Of a DNA stretch of 64,000 bases, positions 48,808 through 58,346 are shown one piece after another. Below the pieces are notes generated by a model, which searched no databases, was not told the origin of the DNA, and saw only the letters and a program-made list of their open reading frames with translations. The position numbers and the translations under genes were made by a program. The stretch lies in assembly GCA_965218425.1 (NCBI GenBank), contig OZ244621.1, positions 3,680,001-3,744,000 of the forward strand, given 5' to 3'. This DNA is from an uncultured Candidatus Binatia bacterium (GTDB lineage Bacteria; Desulfobacterota; Binatia; UBA9968; CAXXLF01). How positions within the stretch are numbered: position 1 is the first letter of the stretch; each line of letters starts with the position of its first letter.

Positions 48808-49623
48808 TTAATTGCTATGGTTTTTTCTTCTCCATATCAGGGTCCAGAAGGCAAAGGTCTCAAGAGCGAAGGGCCCAAACCCTAAAAACCCCAAAACCGG
48901 CATCTCGAAGATACGTGGCATATCCCAAATGGGAACAGTGTAGACCCACTTGGTATAGGCCCAATAATTCCAGAACTCCCAGAAAAAACCGCATAGAAAT
49001 CCAGCGATCAGTATGACTGTAGTCCTTCGATATTCACCATTGTGCCAATCCCAAAGGATGGAGCTACGACCGAACCAGTGGTTGATGGCATCCATTAAGA
49101 GAAACGGACCTACCCAAACGGACCAGAAAAAAAGGATAGGCAGGACAAGGGGGAGGACCGAGAGACAGATACCTATCATAAACGAGGCACTCTGCCAGTT
49201 TCGTGGGATGAGTGAGCCACCCCGGAGACCTTTCCTTTTTGGTAAGATGCCTTCCACGAACACTAGGGTCTCATGGAGTGCCGGAATAACGGTGGCGAAT
49301 GAGATGATTTTGGTTGCGGTTCCGATCCACACTTCTTCCGGGGTGTTGATGTAGAGCCAGTTTTTGATTGTGAGATTGTACCACTCGAAAAAATACCAAT
49401 AGAGGGCAGAGACAGGAAACATGAACAGGAACTCTCGCCGGCGATGGAGTGCAAAGGAAGTTCCATTGAGTCGGTAGTTCAGATAATCGAGGACGAAAAT
49501 ATAGCCGTACCAGAATAAGGGAAAGACGTAATGGGACCAGGGAAGAATATGAAAGACGCTCAGTCCTTCTCCAAGGATGATGAGCAAGAGTCCCAAAAGG
49601 CCGAGCCAATACATAGGATTCAA
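48808..49623 (-). CDS. Aromatic-rich multi-pass membrane protein of unknown function
   Basis: Several TM helices; FEWYN...NWLY and GFFWEFWNYWAYTKWVYTVP...FEMPVLGFLGFGPF. Confidence 0.75.
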   Translation of the reverse strand: MNPMYWLGLLGLLLIILGEGLSVFHILPWSHYVFPLFWYGYIFVLDYLNYRLNGTSFALHRRREFLFMFPVSALYWYFFEWYNLTIKNWLYINTPEEVWIGTATKIISFATVIPALHETLVFVEGILPKRKGLRGGSLIPRNWQSASFMIGICLSVLPLVLPILFFWSVWVGPFLLMDAINHWFGRSSILWDWHNGEYRRTTVILIAGFLCGFFWEFWNYWAYTKWVYTVPIWDMPRIFEMPVLGFLGFGPFALETFAFWTLIWRRKNHSN

Positions 49624-49681
49624 CGGCGCCTTGTTAATTGTGCGACTTCTGGCGTTTAATGTCTATAAGGAAGCATAAACC

Positions 49682-50476
49682 ATGAGCCACGAGAACCATC
49701 TCTCCCATGAACTGGAGACCGCCGAAAGGGCCGCCAAAGAGGCGGGTGAGATTATCATGGCCCTTTACGGAAAGGATTATCAAATCAGAGAAAAGGGCAT
49801 AGGTCAGCCGGTGACCACAGCGGATCTGGAGGCCAATGCCAAGATTCAAGAGATTATCCTAGGCGGTTTTCCCAACGACGGTTGGCTTTCGGAGGAGAGC
49901 CGGGACGATCCCGGTAGGCTAAAAAACTCTCGAGTCTGGGTGATCGATCCAATTGATGGAACCCGGGAGTTCATTCAGCGCGTTCCCCAGTTTGCCGTTT
50001 CCATTGCTCTGGTGATTGATGGGTCTCCCGCCGTTGGTGTGGTGTACAATCCAGCCCGGGAGAAGTGCTTTGTGGCCGTGCGAGGCGTCGGCGCTAGGCT
50101 CAATGAATCCAACATCAAAGTTTCTTCTCGGAAGGACCCCAGGGGGGCCCGTCTTCTGGTGAGCCGCGCGGAGCGGCCTAGTCGTTTCCACCCTTTCATT
50201 GATAGGTATCAGGTGGAGCCCATTGGAAGCATCGCCTACCGGTTAGGCCTGGTGGCTGGGGGAAAAGGTGACGGGACCATTACTCTTCGCTCCGTGTCAG
50301 AATGGGATATCTGTGCCGGTGCCTTGATTGTGGAAGAGGCGGGTGGAGTGGTGGTGGATGGTGACGGGAGGAGTCTTGATTTTAACAAAGCGGTGCCCAC
50401 ATACCACGGCCTTGTGGCGTCCAATGAAAGTTTGTCCGAGGGAATTCGCGAAATTCTGGTTAAGCAAGTTCGATAG
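49682..50476 (+). CDS. CysQ / inositol monophosphatase family
   Basis: VTTAD, LSEE, WVIDPIDGTREF, GSIA, WDICAG. Confidence 0.88.
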   Translation: MSHENHLSHELETAERAAKEAGEIIMALYGKDYQIREKGIGQPVTTADLEANAKIQEIILGGFPNDGWLSEESRDDPGRLKNSRVWVIDPIDGTREFIQRVPQFAVSIALVIDGSPAVGVVYNPAREKCFVAVRGVGARLNESNIKVSSRKDPRGARLLVSRAERPSRFHPFIDRYQVEPIGSIAYRLGLVAGGKGDGTITLRSVSEWDICAGALIVEEAGGVVVDGDGRSLDFNKAVPTYHGLVASNESLSEGIREILVKQVR

Positions 50477-50505
50477 TATGGGCGGCAAGGACTCGAAGGT
50501 GAACA

Positions 50506-50826
50506 ATGGCTCGATGCGCTTACTGCGATGATTTAGCTGGACTATGGTCAACCATGTGTAGGGAATGTAAAACGCTCATGGCACGGGTGCATGAGCTCCG
50601 GGGCCGGGTAGGATACGGAGAGTTTCTGAGCGGCCTTGAACAGACAGGGGTTTCACCGAGCAAGATCATGGCCTTTCTTAAGGCAGATCCAGAGGGAAAA
50701 GGCAGCGTTCAAGACCAGGTTACGGCGGATATGGCCAACGAACTGCTAACCGTCATGGGAATCCCCGGGCGCCAAAAGCCAGAAGACGTGAAGCGCATTC
50801 GTAGATTCACTGGAAAAGAAAAATAG
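50506..50826 (+). CDS. Hypothetical protein with N-terminal CxxC-CxxC
   Basis: CAYC...CREC; RBS gaagg. Confidence 0.6.
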   Translation: MARCAYCDDLAGLWSTMCRECKTLMARVHELRGRVGYGEFLSGLEQTGVSPSKIMAFLKADPEGKGSVQDQVTADMANELLTVMGIPGRQKPEDVKRIRRFTGKEK

Positions 50827-50886
50827 TTATTCGTAATTCGTTATTCGGTCCCCAATATACGGTTTACGAATATACAAAGAACGAAA
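50825..50886. repeat. Heptamer repeats (ttattcg/cgaata)
   Basis: gttattcgtaattcgttattcg ... tacgaatatacaaagaacgaaat. Confidence 0.6.
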
Positions 50887-50893
50887 TGCCGCC

Positions 50894-51382
50894 ATGGAAC
50901 TAACCCTTTACCTCTCCCTTTTGTTTTCAGCGCTATACTTATTGGGTTTTATGGTACGCCGATTCTTTTTTGTGCGTCGTAAGGCTCAAATGGAAAGGAG
51001 AGGCCAATGGATGGGGAGGATTGTTGCTCGGGCGGAGGAGATGTCTCCGGGGTCTGTAAAAAAATTTTGGCTCGTCTGTCGAAAGGCAAGAGTCGACGGA
51101 TTTCTAATCAACTATCAAGGAAACTATCACGCCTATATCAATAGGTGCCGTCATATGACCACTCCTCTTGATTTCATCCGGTATCAGTTCTTCACCGATG
51201 ATCGCCGACACCTGATCTGCCTCACCCATGGAGCGATCTATGAGCCGGATACGGGGAAGTGCATCGATGGCCCCTGTAAAGGACTTTCCTTGATCCGTCT
51301 GCCGGTGTTGGTGGACCAGGGGGATGTGAAGGTCAGTTGTCCACAAATGGACCTTTCCACGCTGGATGACCTGGTGGATTGA
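50894..51382 (+). CDS. Membrane-anchored Rieske ferredoxin
   Basis: N-terminal TM helix; NRCRH, CLTHGA, GPC. Confidence 0.85.
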   Translation: MELTLYLSLLFSALYLLGFMVRRFFFVRRKAQMERRGQWMGRIVARAEEMSPGSVKKFWLVCRKARVDGFLINYQGNYHAYINRCRHMTTPLDFIRYQFFTDDRRHLICLTHGAIYEPDTGKCIDGPCKGLSLIRLPVLVDQGDVKVSCPQMDLSTLDDLVD

Positions 51383-51392
51383 GGATGAATTC

Positions 51393-51758
51393 ATGGAGAA
51401 GCCTGAGAGGGGTAAAGTGATTGGAACCACGGACGAGCTTGTGCACGGCACCACGAAGAAGTTCAATTTGAGTTGCCAAGGCAAGACCGTTGAATGTCTA
51501 CTGGCCTGCTACGAAGGGAAACTCTTTGCTTATGCGAATCGCTGTTGCCATTTTCCTTTAACCATGGATTGGGTGGATAACAATTTTTTTTCGAATGATA
51601 AACGTTATCTTATTTGTGCGAATCACGGGGCCACCTATGAGCCCACAAGCGGAGAGTGTATTTGGGGGCCTTGTTACGGTGAATTCTTGCTGAGCATCCC
51701 GATTGAGATGAGTGAGGGGAAGGTGCTCGCCTACTGTCCAAAGGACTGGATTCCATAA
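51393..51758 (+). CDS. Rieske ferredoxin
   Basis: NRCCH, CANHGA, GPC. Confidence 0.85.
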   Translation: MEKPERGKVIGTTDELVHGTTKKFNLSCQGKTVECLLACYEGKLFAYANRCCHFPLTMDWVDNNFFSNDKRYLICANHGATYEPTSGECIWGPCYGEFLLSIPIEMSEGKVLAYCPKDWIP

Positions 51759-51776
51759 TCCACGGGGGAATCTAAG

Positions 51777-52121
51777 GTGAACGAGTGTATTTTTTGCGCT
51801 ATCATCAAAGGAGAGCTTAAAGGGGAGATTGTCCATCAGGACAGCTCGGTTATAGCCATAAAGGATATCAACCCTCAGGCGCCGGTCCATCTTTTGGTGA
51901 TTCCGCGCAAGCATATAGCCACGCTTTTGGATCTGGATCCCGGAGATGAAAAAATCATGGGTGATATTGTTTCAGTTGGGACCAAGCTTGCCAGGGATCG
52001 CGGTATCTTGGAAAGTGGGTTCCGCCTGGTGGCCAACTGCGGCTCCGGTGCGGGTCAAAGCGTGTTCCATATTCACTTTCACCTGTTGGGGGGGCGTCCC
52101 ATGAAGTGGCCTCCGGGATAG
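51777..52121 (+). CDS. HIT-family nucleotide hydrolase (HinT-like)
   Basis: CIFC, DINPQAPVHLLVIP, GQSVFHIHFH. Confidence 0.93.
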   Translation: MNECIFCAIIKGELKGEIVHQDSSVIAIKDINPQAPVHLLVIPRKHIATLLDLDPGDEKIMGDIVSVGTKLARDRGILESGFRLVANCGSGAGQSVFHIHFHLLGGRPMKWPPG

Positions 52122-52196
52122 AGTATTTTAGATTTTGAACTCTGGATTTTGGATTCCATCGAAAACCGGAAATTTAAAATCAAAAAAGGGGAAGTG

Positions 52197-53474
52197 ATGG
52201 AGGGGGAGGAGTCTATGGGAACCGTTGATTGGGAAAGTCCAGCGAGCGAGTTAGCCGTCACGCAGTTCGATATTGTGGCAGAGCGATTGAACCTTGACCC
52301 TAACGTAGCGTCCCGGCTGAGGCGGCCGGATCGGGCCTTGATTGTTAGTGTGCCCACCAGATTGGACAGTGGCCAGGTGCGTGTCTTTACCGGTTATCGG
52401 GTGCAACACAACGACGTCCTGGGGCCTTTCAAAGGGGGATTGCGATACCATCCAGGTGTCAGCCTAGGTGAGGTTTTTGCGCTGTCCATGTGGATGACGT
52501 GGAAGTGCGCCCTTGCGGGGTTGCCACTGGGTGGGGCAAAGGGTGGAGTTGCCTGCGACCCCCGAGAGCTCTCCAGGAGTGAGCTCCAAGGGATGACACG
52601 GCGCTTCACTGCGGAGATATTGAATTTTATTGGACCTGAAGTGGATATCCCGGCTCCGGATATGGGGACCAATGAACAGGTCATGGCTTGGATCATGGAT
52701 ACCTATAGCCAACACAAGGGCCACTCGGTTCCAGAGATTGTCACCGGAAAGCCGGTGGCCATCGGCGGGACCCTTGGTAGGAAGGAAGCGACGGGTCGCG
52801 GGGTGGTTTATACGGTGGTCGAAGCGGCGAAGCATTTGAAAATTGACCTGAGTCGAAGCAGCGTGGCGATTCAAGGTTTTGGCAATGTGGGCCTGGTTAC
52901 GGCCAAAGATCTTGCTCAATTGGGGGTGAAGGTCATCGCAGTGAGCGATCGGTCGGGTGGGTTGATAGATCAGCGGGGTCTTGCTTTGGAGGATTTGATT
53001 CAACATAAGGAAACAACCGGAAAGCTGGAGGGGTTTCCCCATGCCGAAAGGATTTCGGGCAAGGAGCTCCTGGAACTCGATTGCGATATTCTCATCCCCG
53101 CGGCGGATGAATTGCAGATCACTAAGGAAAATGCCAGCCGGTTGCAATGTAAGATCCTGGCTGAGGGGGCCAATGGGCCCACCAGCTTGGAGGCGGATAA
53201 AGTTCTTGAAAAGAAAGGTATCTTTATCTTACCGGATGTTTTGGCCAACGCCGGGGGAGTCATCGTCTCCTATTTTGAGTGGGTACAGGACCTGCAGAAT
53301 TTTTTCTGGACGGAGGCGGAAGTCAATTTAAAACTCAGGGAAATGATGACCCGAAGTTTCCGTGAAGTTCTGCAAATGAGCGAAAAGGAAAAAGTAGGCA
53401 TGAGACTGGCGGCTCAGATGATCGGCGTGAGCCGGGTGGCTCACGCGATGCTGTGGCGGGGGCTTTATGCATAG
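52197..53474 (+). CDS. gdhA: Glu/Leu/Phe/Val dehydrogenase (glutamate dehydrogenase)
   Basis: KGGLRY, MTWKC, GGAKGG, PAPD, GFGNVG, EGANGP, NAGGV. Confidence 0.92.
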   Translation: MEGEESMGTVDWESPASELAVTQFDIVAERLNLDPNVASRLRRPDRALIVSVPTRLDSGQVRVFTGYRVQHNDVLGPFKGGLRYHPGVSLGEVFALSMWMTWKCALAGLPLGGAKGGVACDPRELSRSELQGMTRRFTAEILNFIGPEVDIPAPDMGTNEQVMAWIMDTYSQHKGHSVPEIVTGKPVAIGGTLGRKEATGRGVVYTVVEAAKHLKIDLSRSSVAIQGFGNVGLVTAKDLAQLGVKVIAVSDRSGGLIDQRGLALEDLIQHKETTGKLEGFPHAERISGKELLELDCDILIPAADELQITKENASRLQCKILAEGANGPTSLEADKVLEKKGIFILPDVLANAGGVIVSYFEWVQDLQNFFWTEAEVNLKLREMMTRSFREVLQMSEKEKVGMRLAAQMIGVSRVAHAMLWRGLYA

Positions 53475-53572
53475 CAGGGCACGGTGTTATGGTGCATTGG
53501 CTAAAGCCAGCGGGATTGAGGGTCGAACCCCGGCATTGACTGTTGACCATTAAATTTTTACAAATTGACATT

Positions 53573-54136
53573 ATGCTTATCAACGCGACACAGCTTAGAA
53601 CAGGAATGTTGATCATCTATAACGGGGATCTGTACCGGGTCACTGCAATAAAACACATGACCCCTGGTAACAAACGCGGGTTTGTGCAGACCAAGATGAA
53701 AAGCGTCCGCACCGGCGTGGGGACAGAGAACCGGTTTCGCTCGGAAGATAAAATCGAGCGAGCGACCTTGGATACACGACCTATGCAGTATCTTTATGGA
53801 GAAGGAGGTCTCCATACCTTCATGGATACGGGGAATTTTGAACAGATCACGTTATCCGGGGAGGAAATCGGAGAAATCCTGCACTATCTTCTTCCCAGTC
53901 TAGTGGTTGAGGTGGAGTTTTTTGAGGGAAATCCCGTGGGGATGAACCCTCCCGCCACCGTGGATCTAGAGGTGGTGGATACGGAGCCGGTTCTAAAGGG
54001 CGCTACGGCCAGCGCCTCCTATAAACCCGCCAGGATGGAGACAGGGATTACTCTCCAGGTTCCCCCATTTATTCAGATCGGCGACCGGGTTCGTGTGGAT
54101 CCTTCTGAGGGTCGATATCTGGAGCGAGTGAAGTAG
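53573..54136 (+). CDS. efp: Elongation factor P
   Basis: LRTG, TPGNKRGFV, MQYLY, FMD...FEQ, KPARMETG, VPPFI, YLER. Confidence 0.93.
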   Translation: MLINATQLRTGMLIIYNGDLYRVTAIKHMTPGNKRGFVQTKMKSVRTGVGTENRFRSEDKIERATLDTRPMQYLYGEGGLHTFMDTGNFEQITLSGEEIGEILHYLLPSLVVEVEFFEGNPVGMNPPATVDLEVVDTEPVLKGATASASYKPARMETGITLQVPPFIQIGDRVRVDPSEGRYLERVK

Positions 54137-54725
54137 AGATTATTTCCTGCCAGACTTTCCTCGCCTTTGGTTTGAGTTCGTGAAGTTCGCCGGAGTTGTC
54201 GATAACGAAATCGGCGAGCTTTTCTTTTTCCCTTAAGCTCATCTGGGCTCGCAAATGATTTTCAATCTCATCATGGCTGAGACCGTCCCTCTCTCGAAGT
54301 CTCTTTTTCTGAGTGGCTAGATCGCAGGACACTAAAATTACGGGACGGAGCCATAGGTGGACTTTGTTCTCGAAGTACAAGGGCGCCATGTATACGATGA
54401 CCTTTCCACCTGCGGCAGCTAATTGGGCTATTTTTTTCTCGGCCAGCTCGCGAATCCGGGGGTGAGTGATGGAGTTTAGCCGCTTTCGTTTTTGCACATC
54501 GCTAAAAACGATCTTTCGTAGTTTTTCGCGATTGATGGTTTGATCCTCTTGGAGGATATCCCGCCCAAAGGTCCCCACAATATCGTGCCATGCCCTTTGT
54601 CCGGGTTGGACGATTTCGCGGGCAATCTCATCTGCGTCCACCACCTTTGCCCCAAGCTCCTGTAACAGGTGAGCCACGGTGCTTTTCCCAGTGGCTATCC
54701 CTCCGGTTAGACCTATGATCTTCAT
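54069..54725 (-). CDS. coaE: Dephospho-CoA kinase
   Basis: IGLTGGIATGKST, DAD, ITHP, AQM, IDN. Confidence 0.95.
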   Translation of the reverse strand: MKIIGLTGGIATGKSTVAHLLQELGAKVVDADEIAREIVQPGQRAWHDIVGTFGRDILQEDQTINREKLRKIVFSDVQKRKRLNSITHPRIRELAEKKIAQLAAAGGKVIVYMAPLYFENKVHLWLRPVILVSCDLATQKKRLRERDGLSHDEIENHLRAQMSLREKEKLADFVIDNSGELHELKPKARKVWQEIISTSLAPDIDPQKDPHEPGRRSE

Positions 54726-54794
54726 AAGGAGCAGGCCAATTGCCAGCTAACAATCAACTTCCAATGGCATATCTCTCTATGATACACAATAAGC

Positions 54795-56609
54795 ATGTCT
54801 TACCAAAGCCTGGCCGAGCTATTCGTATCTCAGGTAGACCTTCACCGGGACAGGGTTCTTTACCGGTTTCCTCTCAGGGAAGGGTGGCAAACATACACCT
54901 GGGCTGAGAGCCTGGAACTGGTGCGGGAGATTGCCCTTGGTCTCGTGTCTCTTGGGATCAAGAAGGGGGACCGGGTCGCCATCTACTCGGCCAACCGGGT
55001 AGAGTGGAGCCTCATCGATTGGGCTAACATCTGTATCGGGGCACTTACGGTTCCCGTGTATGCCTCAAGTACCCCGGCGGAAGTCCATCGATTGTTAGAG
55101 CATTCCGAATCTATTCTGCTATTTGTGGATACCTCCGAGCGATGGGCAAAACTAAACTCTTCTGATCCTTCCGCTCCTTCTTTGAAAAGCGTTGTCTTGA
55201 TCGACTCGCCAAATGGGGAAGCTTCCCCTAGGTCCGAGGCCCTCAAGCTGTTTTCCCTGGACAGAATTCGGGAGCTGGGAAGGCAGAATGCCGTGGCAAA
55301 CAAGGATTCCTTTGACCAGATGGTTCATTCTCTTCGTCCCCAAGACGACCTTACCATCGTCTACACCTCGGGGACCACAGGTGATCCCAAGGGGGTCCTT
55401 ACCACTCACGGCCACTACCTGTTTATGGTGGAAGCCGCTGCGATGGCAATCCCATCCATCGAAGAAGAAGTGACGATGCAGTTCTTGCCCTTTGCGCACT
55501 CTTTTGGACGCCTGGAACATTTCATGGTTGTGGCAAAGGGATACACCTGTGGATTTGCCCGTTCCATGGAAACCCTTTCCAGGGATTTTCTGGTGATTCG
55601 CCCAACCATGCTCTTTTCGGTGCCGCGAATTTACGAGAACGTTTATAGCCGAATAAAATCCAGGGCCGCCGGCAGCGGATTTCTTCGCAGGTGGATTTTC
55701 CAATGGGCATTATGGGTGGGAAAACAGTTTAGCCGTCGGCAGATTGATCAAAGCAGAATCTCCTGGGGGCTGAGAATGGCACAATCCATTGCCCATAAGC
55801 TCGTATTTGCCAAAATTCACGACGCCTTTGGGGGCCGGTTACGATTGGCCATATCGGGGGGAGCTCCATTGGCTCCGGAAATTGCCGAGTTTTTTCATGC
55901 CGTGGGAATCCTGGTGCTGGAGGGATATGGACTCACTGAGACCTCAACGGTGTCCCATGTGAATCGAGCCAACCGGTATCGGTTTGGGACGGTGGGCTTT
56001 CCCTTGGATGGGGTGGAGTGCCGTATCGCGTCGGATGGGGAAATTCTACTACGCGGTCGGAACATCTTTAAGGGTTACTACCGGGATCCACAGGGGACGC
56101 GGGATGTTCTAGACGCTGATGGGTGGTTTCATACCATGGATGTGGGAGAGATCGATGAAGACGGATTCCTCCGCATCACCGATCGTAAAAAGGATCTGAT
56201 CGTGACCTCTGGGGGTAAAAAAATAGCTCCGCAAATGATTGAGAACCTTCTAAAGACCGATCCTCTGTTCAGTCAGGTTATGGTCCTGGGAGACCGCAGT
56301 AGTCATCTGATTGCACTGATCACGTTGGATGGAAGCCAAGTCATGGATTGGGCGCGGCAACAGGGATTGGAGCTTAGTGGAGTCGAGGAGGCAGCCACCC
56401 ATCCCAAGGTGGTAGCCCTGGTAAGGGAGAGGATTCGGCAGAAAAACAAAGGACTTGCTTCATTTGAAGCCATCAGGGATTTTCGCATCCTTCCCCACGA
56501 TTTCACTCTTGGGCAAGGTGAGCTTACGCCCACCCTGAAATTAAGGCGGCAGATTGTCATGGAGCACTGGAAAGAAGTGGTGGAGGATATGACAAAGAAA
56601 GGAGCCTGA
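54795..56609 (+). CDS. Long-chain fatty acid-CoA ligase
   Basis: YTSGTTGDPKG, EGYGLTE, ITDRKKD, LTPTLKLRR. Confidence 0.92.
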   Translation: MSYQSLAELFVSQVDLHRDRVLYRFPLREGWQTYTWAESLELVREIALGLVSLGIKKGDRVAIYSANRVEWSLIDWANICIGALTVPVYASSTPAEVHRLLEHSESILLFVDTSERWAKLNSSDPSAPSLKSVVLIDSPNGEASPRSEALKLFSLDRIRELGRQNAVANKDSFDQMVHSLRPQDDLTIVYTSGTTGDPKGVLTTHGHYLFMVEAAAMAIPSIEEEVTMQFLPFAHSFGRLEHFMVVAKGYTCGFARSMETLSRDFLVIRPTMLFSVPRIYENVYSRIKSRAAGSGFLRRWIFQWALWVGKQFSRRQIDQSRISWGLRMAQSIAHKLVFAKIHDAFGGRLRLAISGGAPLAPEIAEFFHAVGILVLEGYGLTETSTVSHVNRANRYRFGTVGFPLDGVECRIASDGEILLRGRNIFKGYYRDPQGTRDVLDADGWFHTMDVGEIDEDGFLRITDRKKDLIVTSGGKKIAPQMIENLLKTDPLFSQVMVLGDRSSHLIALITLDGSQVMDWARQQGLELSGVEEAATHPKVVALVRERIRQKNKGLASFEAIRDFRILPHDFTLGQGELTPTLKLRRQIVMEHWKEVVEDMTKKGA

Positions 56610-56698
56610 GATTTTATAATAGCATTTTAATTTCTTTGCCATAAGAGCACTCGCCTCAAAGGGGGGCTATCCGAAAATAAAATAGCAGCCGTCTTTCA

Positions 56699-56850
56699 GT
56701 GAAGAAAAAATGCTTCTGGTAGAAGATAACCCTGCAACCATGGACATTATTCAGACAGAGCTTGGGTTTTTGGACCATGACACTCTGGTTGCGGACGATG
56801 GAAAAAGGCGGTGGAAATGGCAGAGAGGGATCTGGCTGTAAAAAGATGAT
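56699..56850 (+). pseudogene. Response-regulator receiver domain remnant
   Basis: MLLVEDNPATMDII...VADDG, frameshift, AVEMAE; no complete ORF. Confidence 0.6.
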
Positions 56851-57090
56851 TGATTGGTTCACATAACTCTTTCACGACCAAGGTGGGGTTTTTTGACACT
56901 GCCGGGCATACTCTGCCAGCGGTCCCGAGGCTTTCCTGATTTCGATCTGGAAGGCTTGAGGGAGTATGAGCAGTCGGGGGTCCACTATCAAAAAAATTTG
57001 TAGCCCTTACTGCTCACAGGAATCGAGCCCTGGCGAATAGGGTGGAGGATCACCTCCGAGCGCTCTCCCAGCAAAAGAGGTAAAAGATCA

Positions 57091-57363
57091 ATGAGTGAAT
57101 CCAGGCCGAAAGTCATTGTTTATACCAAAGATTATTGTGCCTTTTGTCGACATGCCAAGGCCCTTCTAAGCTCCAAAGGTGTGGAGTTTGAAGAGATCAA
57201 TATTGAAAATGATGAATCCCTGCAGGATGAAGTAAGGCGTAAGTCGGGGCGCTTCACTGTCCCGCAGATATTTGTGGACGGACTACCCCTTGGGGGCTAC
57301 CAGGAAATACAGGTGCTGGATCTGCGTGGCGAACTGGACGAAATATTAAAGGTGCAGTCCTGA
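57091..57363 (+). CDS. grxC: Glutaredoxin 3
   Basis: YTKDYCAFC, TVPQIF, GGY. Confidence 0.88.
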   Translation: MSESRPKVIVYTKDYCAFCRHAKALLSSKGVEFEEINIENDESLQDEVRRKSGRFTVPQIFVDGLPLGGYQEIQVLDLRGELDEILKVQS

Positions 57364-57891
57364 TCCCATTCCCCCAGGCTAGGATAGCCACTAGAGGCCT
57401 TAAACTATGGTTTTGAATCAATCCCTCCCGAATCGTTTTGGCATTTAAAACAACTTCGCAATTTTTTTCCGGACATTTTCTACCTCTTTTTTTGATCATC
57501 TGGTATGCGCTTCGCCTATTTGCAAGCCTCCTGGCGCAATATTTAGGTTAAGTAGTTAATTCAAGGGCCGAAACTAGCCTATTTTACAGATGGAATAGGG
57601 GTAGGCCTGGTACTAGGAGCACAAATTTTTAAGGAACTGGACTGTCCCTAGGGGATCGTTCCCTGACGGTTTCCCCCATGAGACACCCGGTTGTATCTGC
57701 GGACCAGGTGGTTCCCAGGGAAGCATCCGATTCCCTGGTACACCTTTCAGCTCAAACACAGAGGGTAGATTCCGCACAGGCTACGGCATCCGTAACGGTG
57801 GCGGAGGAATCCGAGGCCAGGGTGATCCTATCGGATGAATTGGATGCGCCACCGCAGTGAGGTTCGCTGAAATTTCAGAAGCTGAAGTAAA

Positions 57892-58016
57892 CGGCAAGCC
57901 ATCGGTTACAGTCTAGCAAGGTTGGCTAAGGAGTTGGGGGTTACGATTCGCACGGTCTCTAGGTAGGAACATGGCGATTCCCCTCTGCCGAAAATCGCGG
58001 GGCTGGCACTAGGAAC
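57892..58016 (+). pseudogene. XRE-family HTH regulator remnant
   Basis: RQAIGYSLARLAKELGVTIRTVSR*EHG with TAG at 57964 where Trp is typical. Confidence 0.65.
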
Positions 58017-58143
58017 TGTTGTCGGAGAGGCAAATGGAAAATGATTGGGCAAGGGGCTAGCAGGGGGGCCGTTTCATGGCCCGGAGCACAAGTGAGTTTA
58101 GCGAATTGCAGCTGCGTTGGTTTGAGTGCAGTCGGACAAGACT

Positions 58144-58219
58144 TGGAGGCGGCGGGCGGATTCGAACCGCCGCATCGAGGTTTTGCAGACCTCTCCCTTA
58201 ACCACTTGGGTACGCCGCC
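58144..58219 (-). tRNA. tRNA-Cys(GCA)
   Basis: Reverse complement ggcggcgt...ctgcaaa...ggttcgaatcc...cgccgcctcca with encoded CCA. Confidence 0.95.
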
Positions 58220-58346
58220 TTAGAATCGATCTTACACAGACTTTGCTGGACTTTCAACGTGGCGCTATAAAACGTTGACAATAGCAGTGGATGAAGTAAT
58301 TTAGAGAGGTAAAAAACAACCAAAGGCAAAGGAACGGGCGGAAAAC

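Noticed and set aside
56880..57060. 6S RNA
   Set aside because: Hairpins are present, but no single rod of about 180 nt with a central bubble and no zapA/ygfA context
57091..57363. Glutaredoxin as a second selenoprotein
   Set aside because: Both active-site codons are TGT (CAFC)
57678..57860. 60-aa low-complexity ORF
   Set aside because: No RBS or motif; lies in the eroded region next to tRNA-Cys
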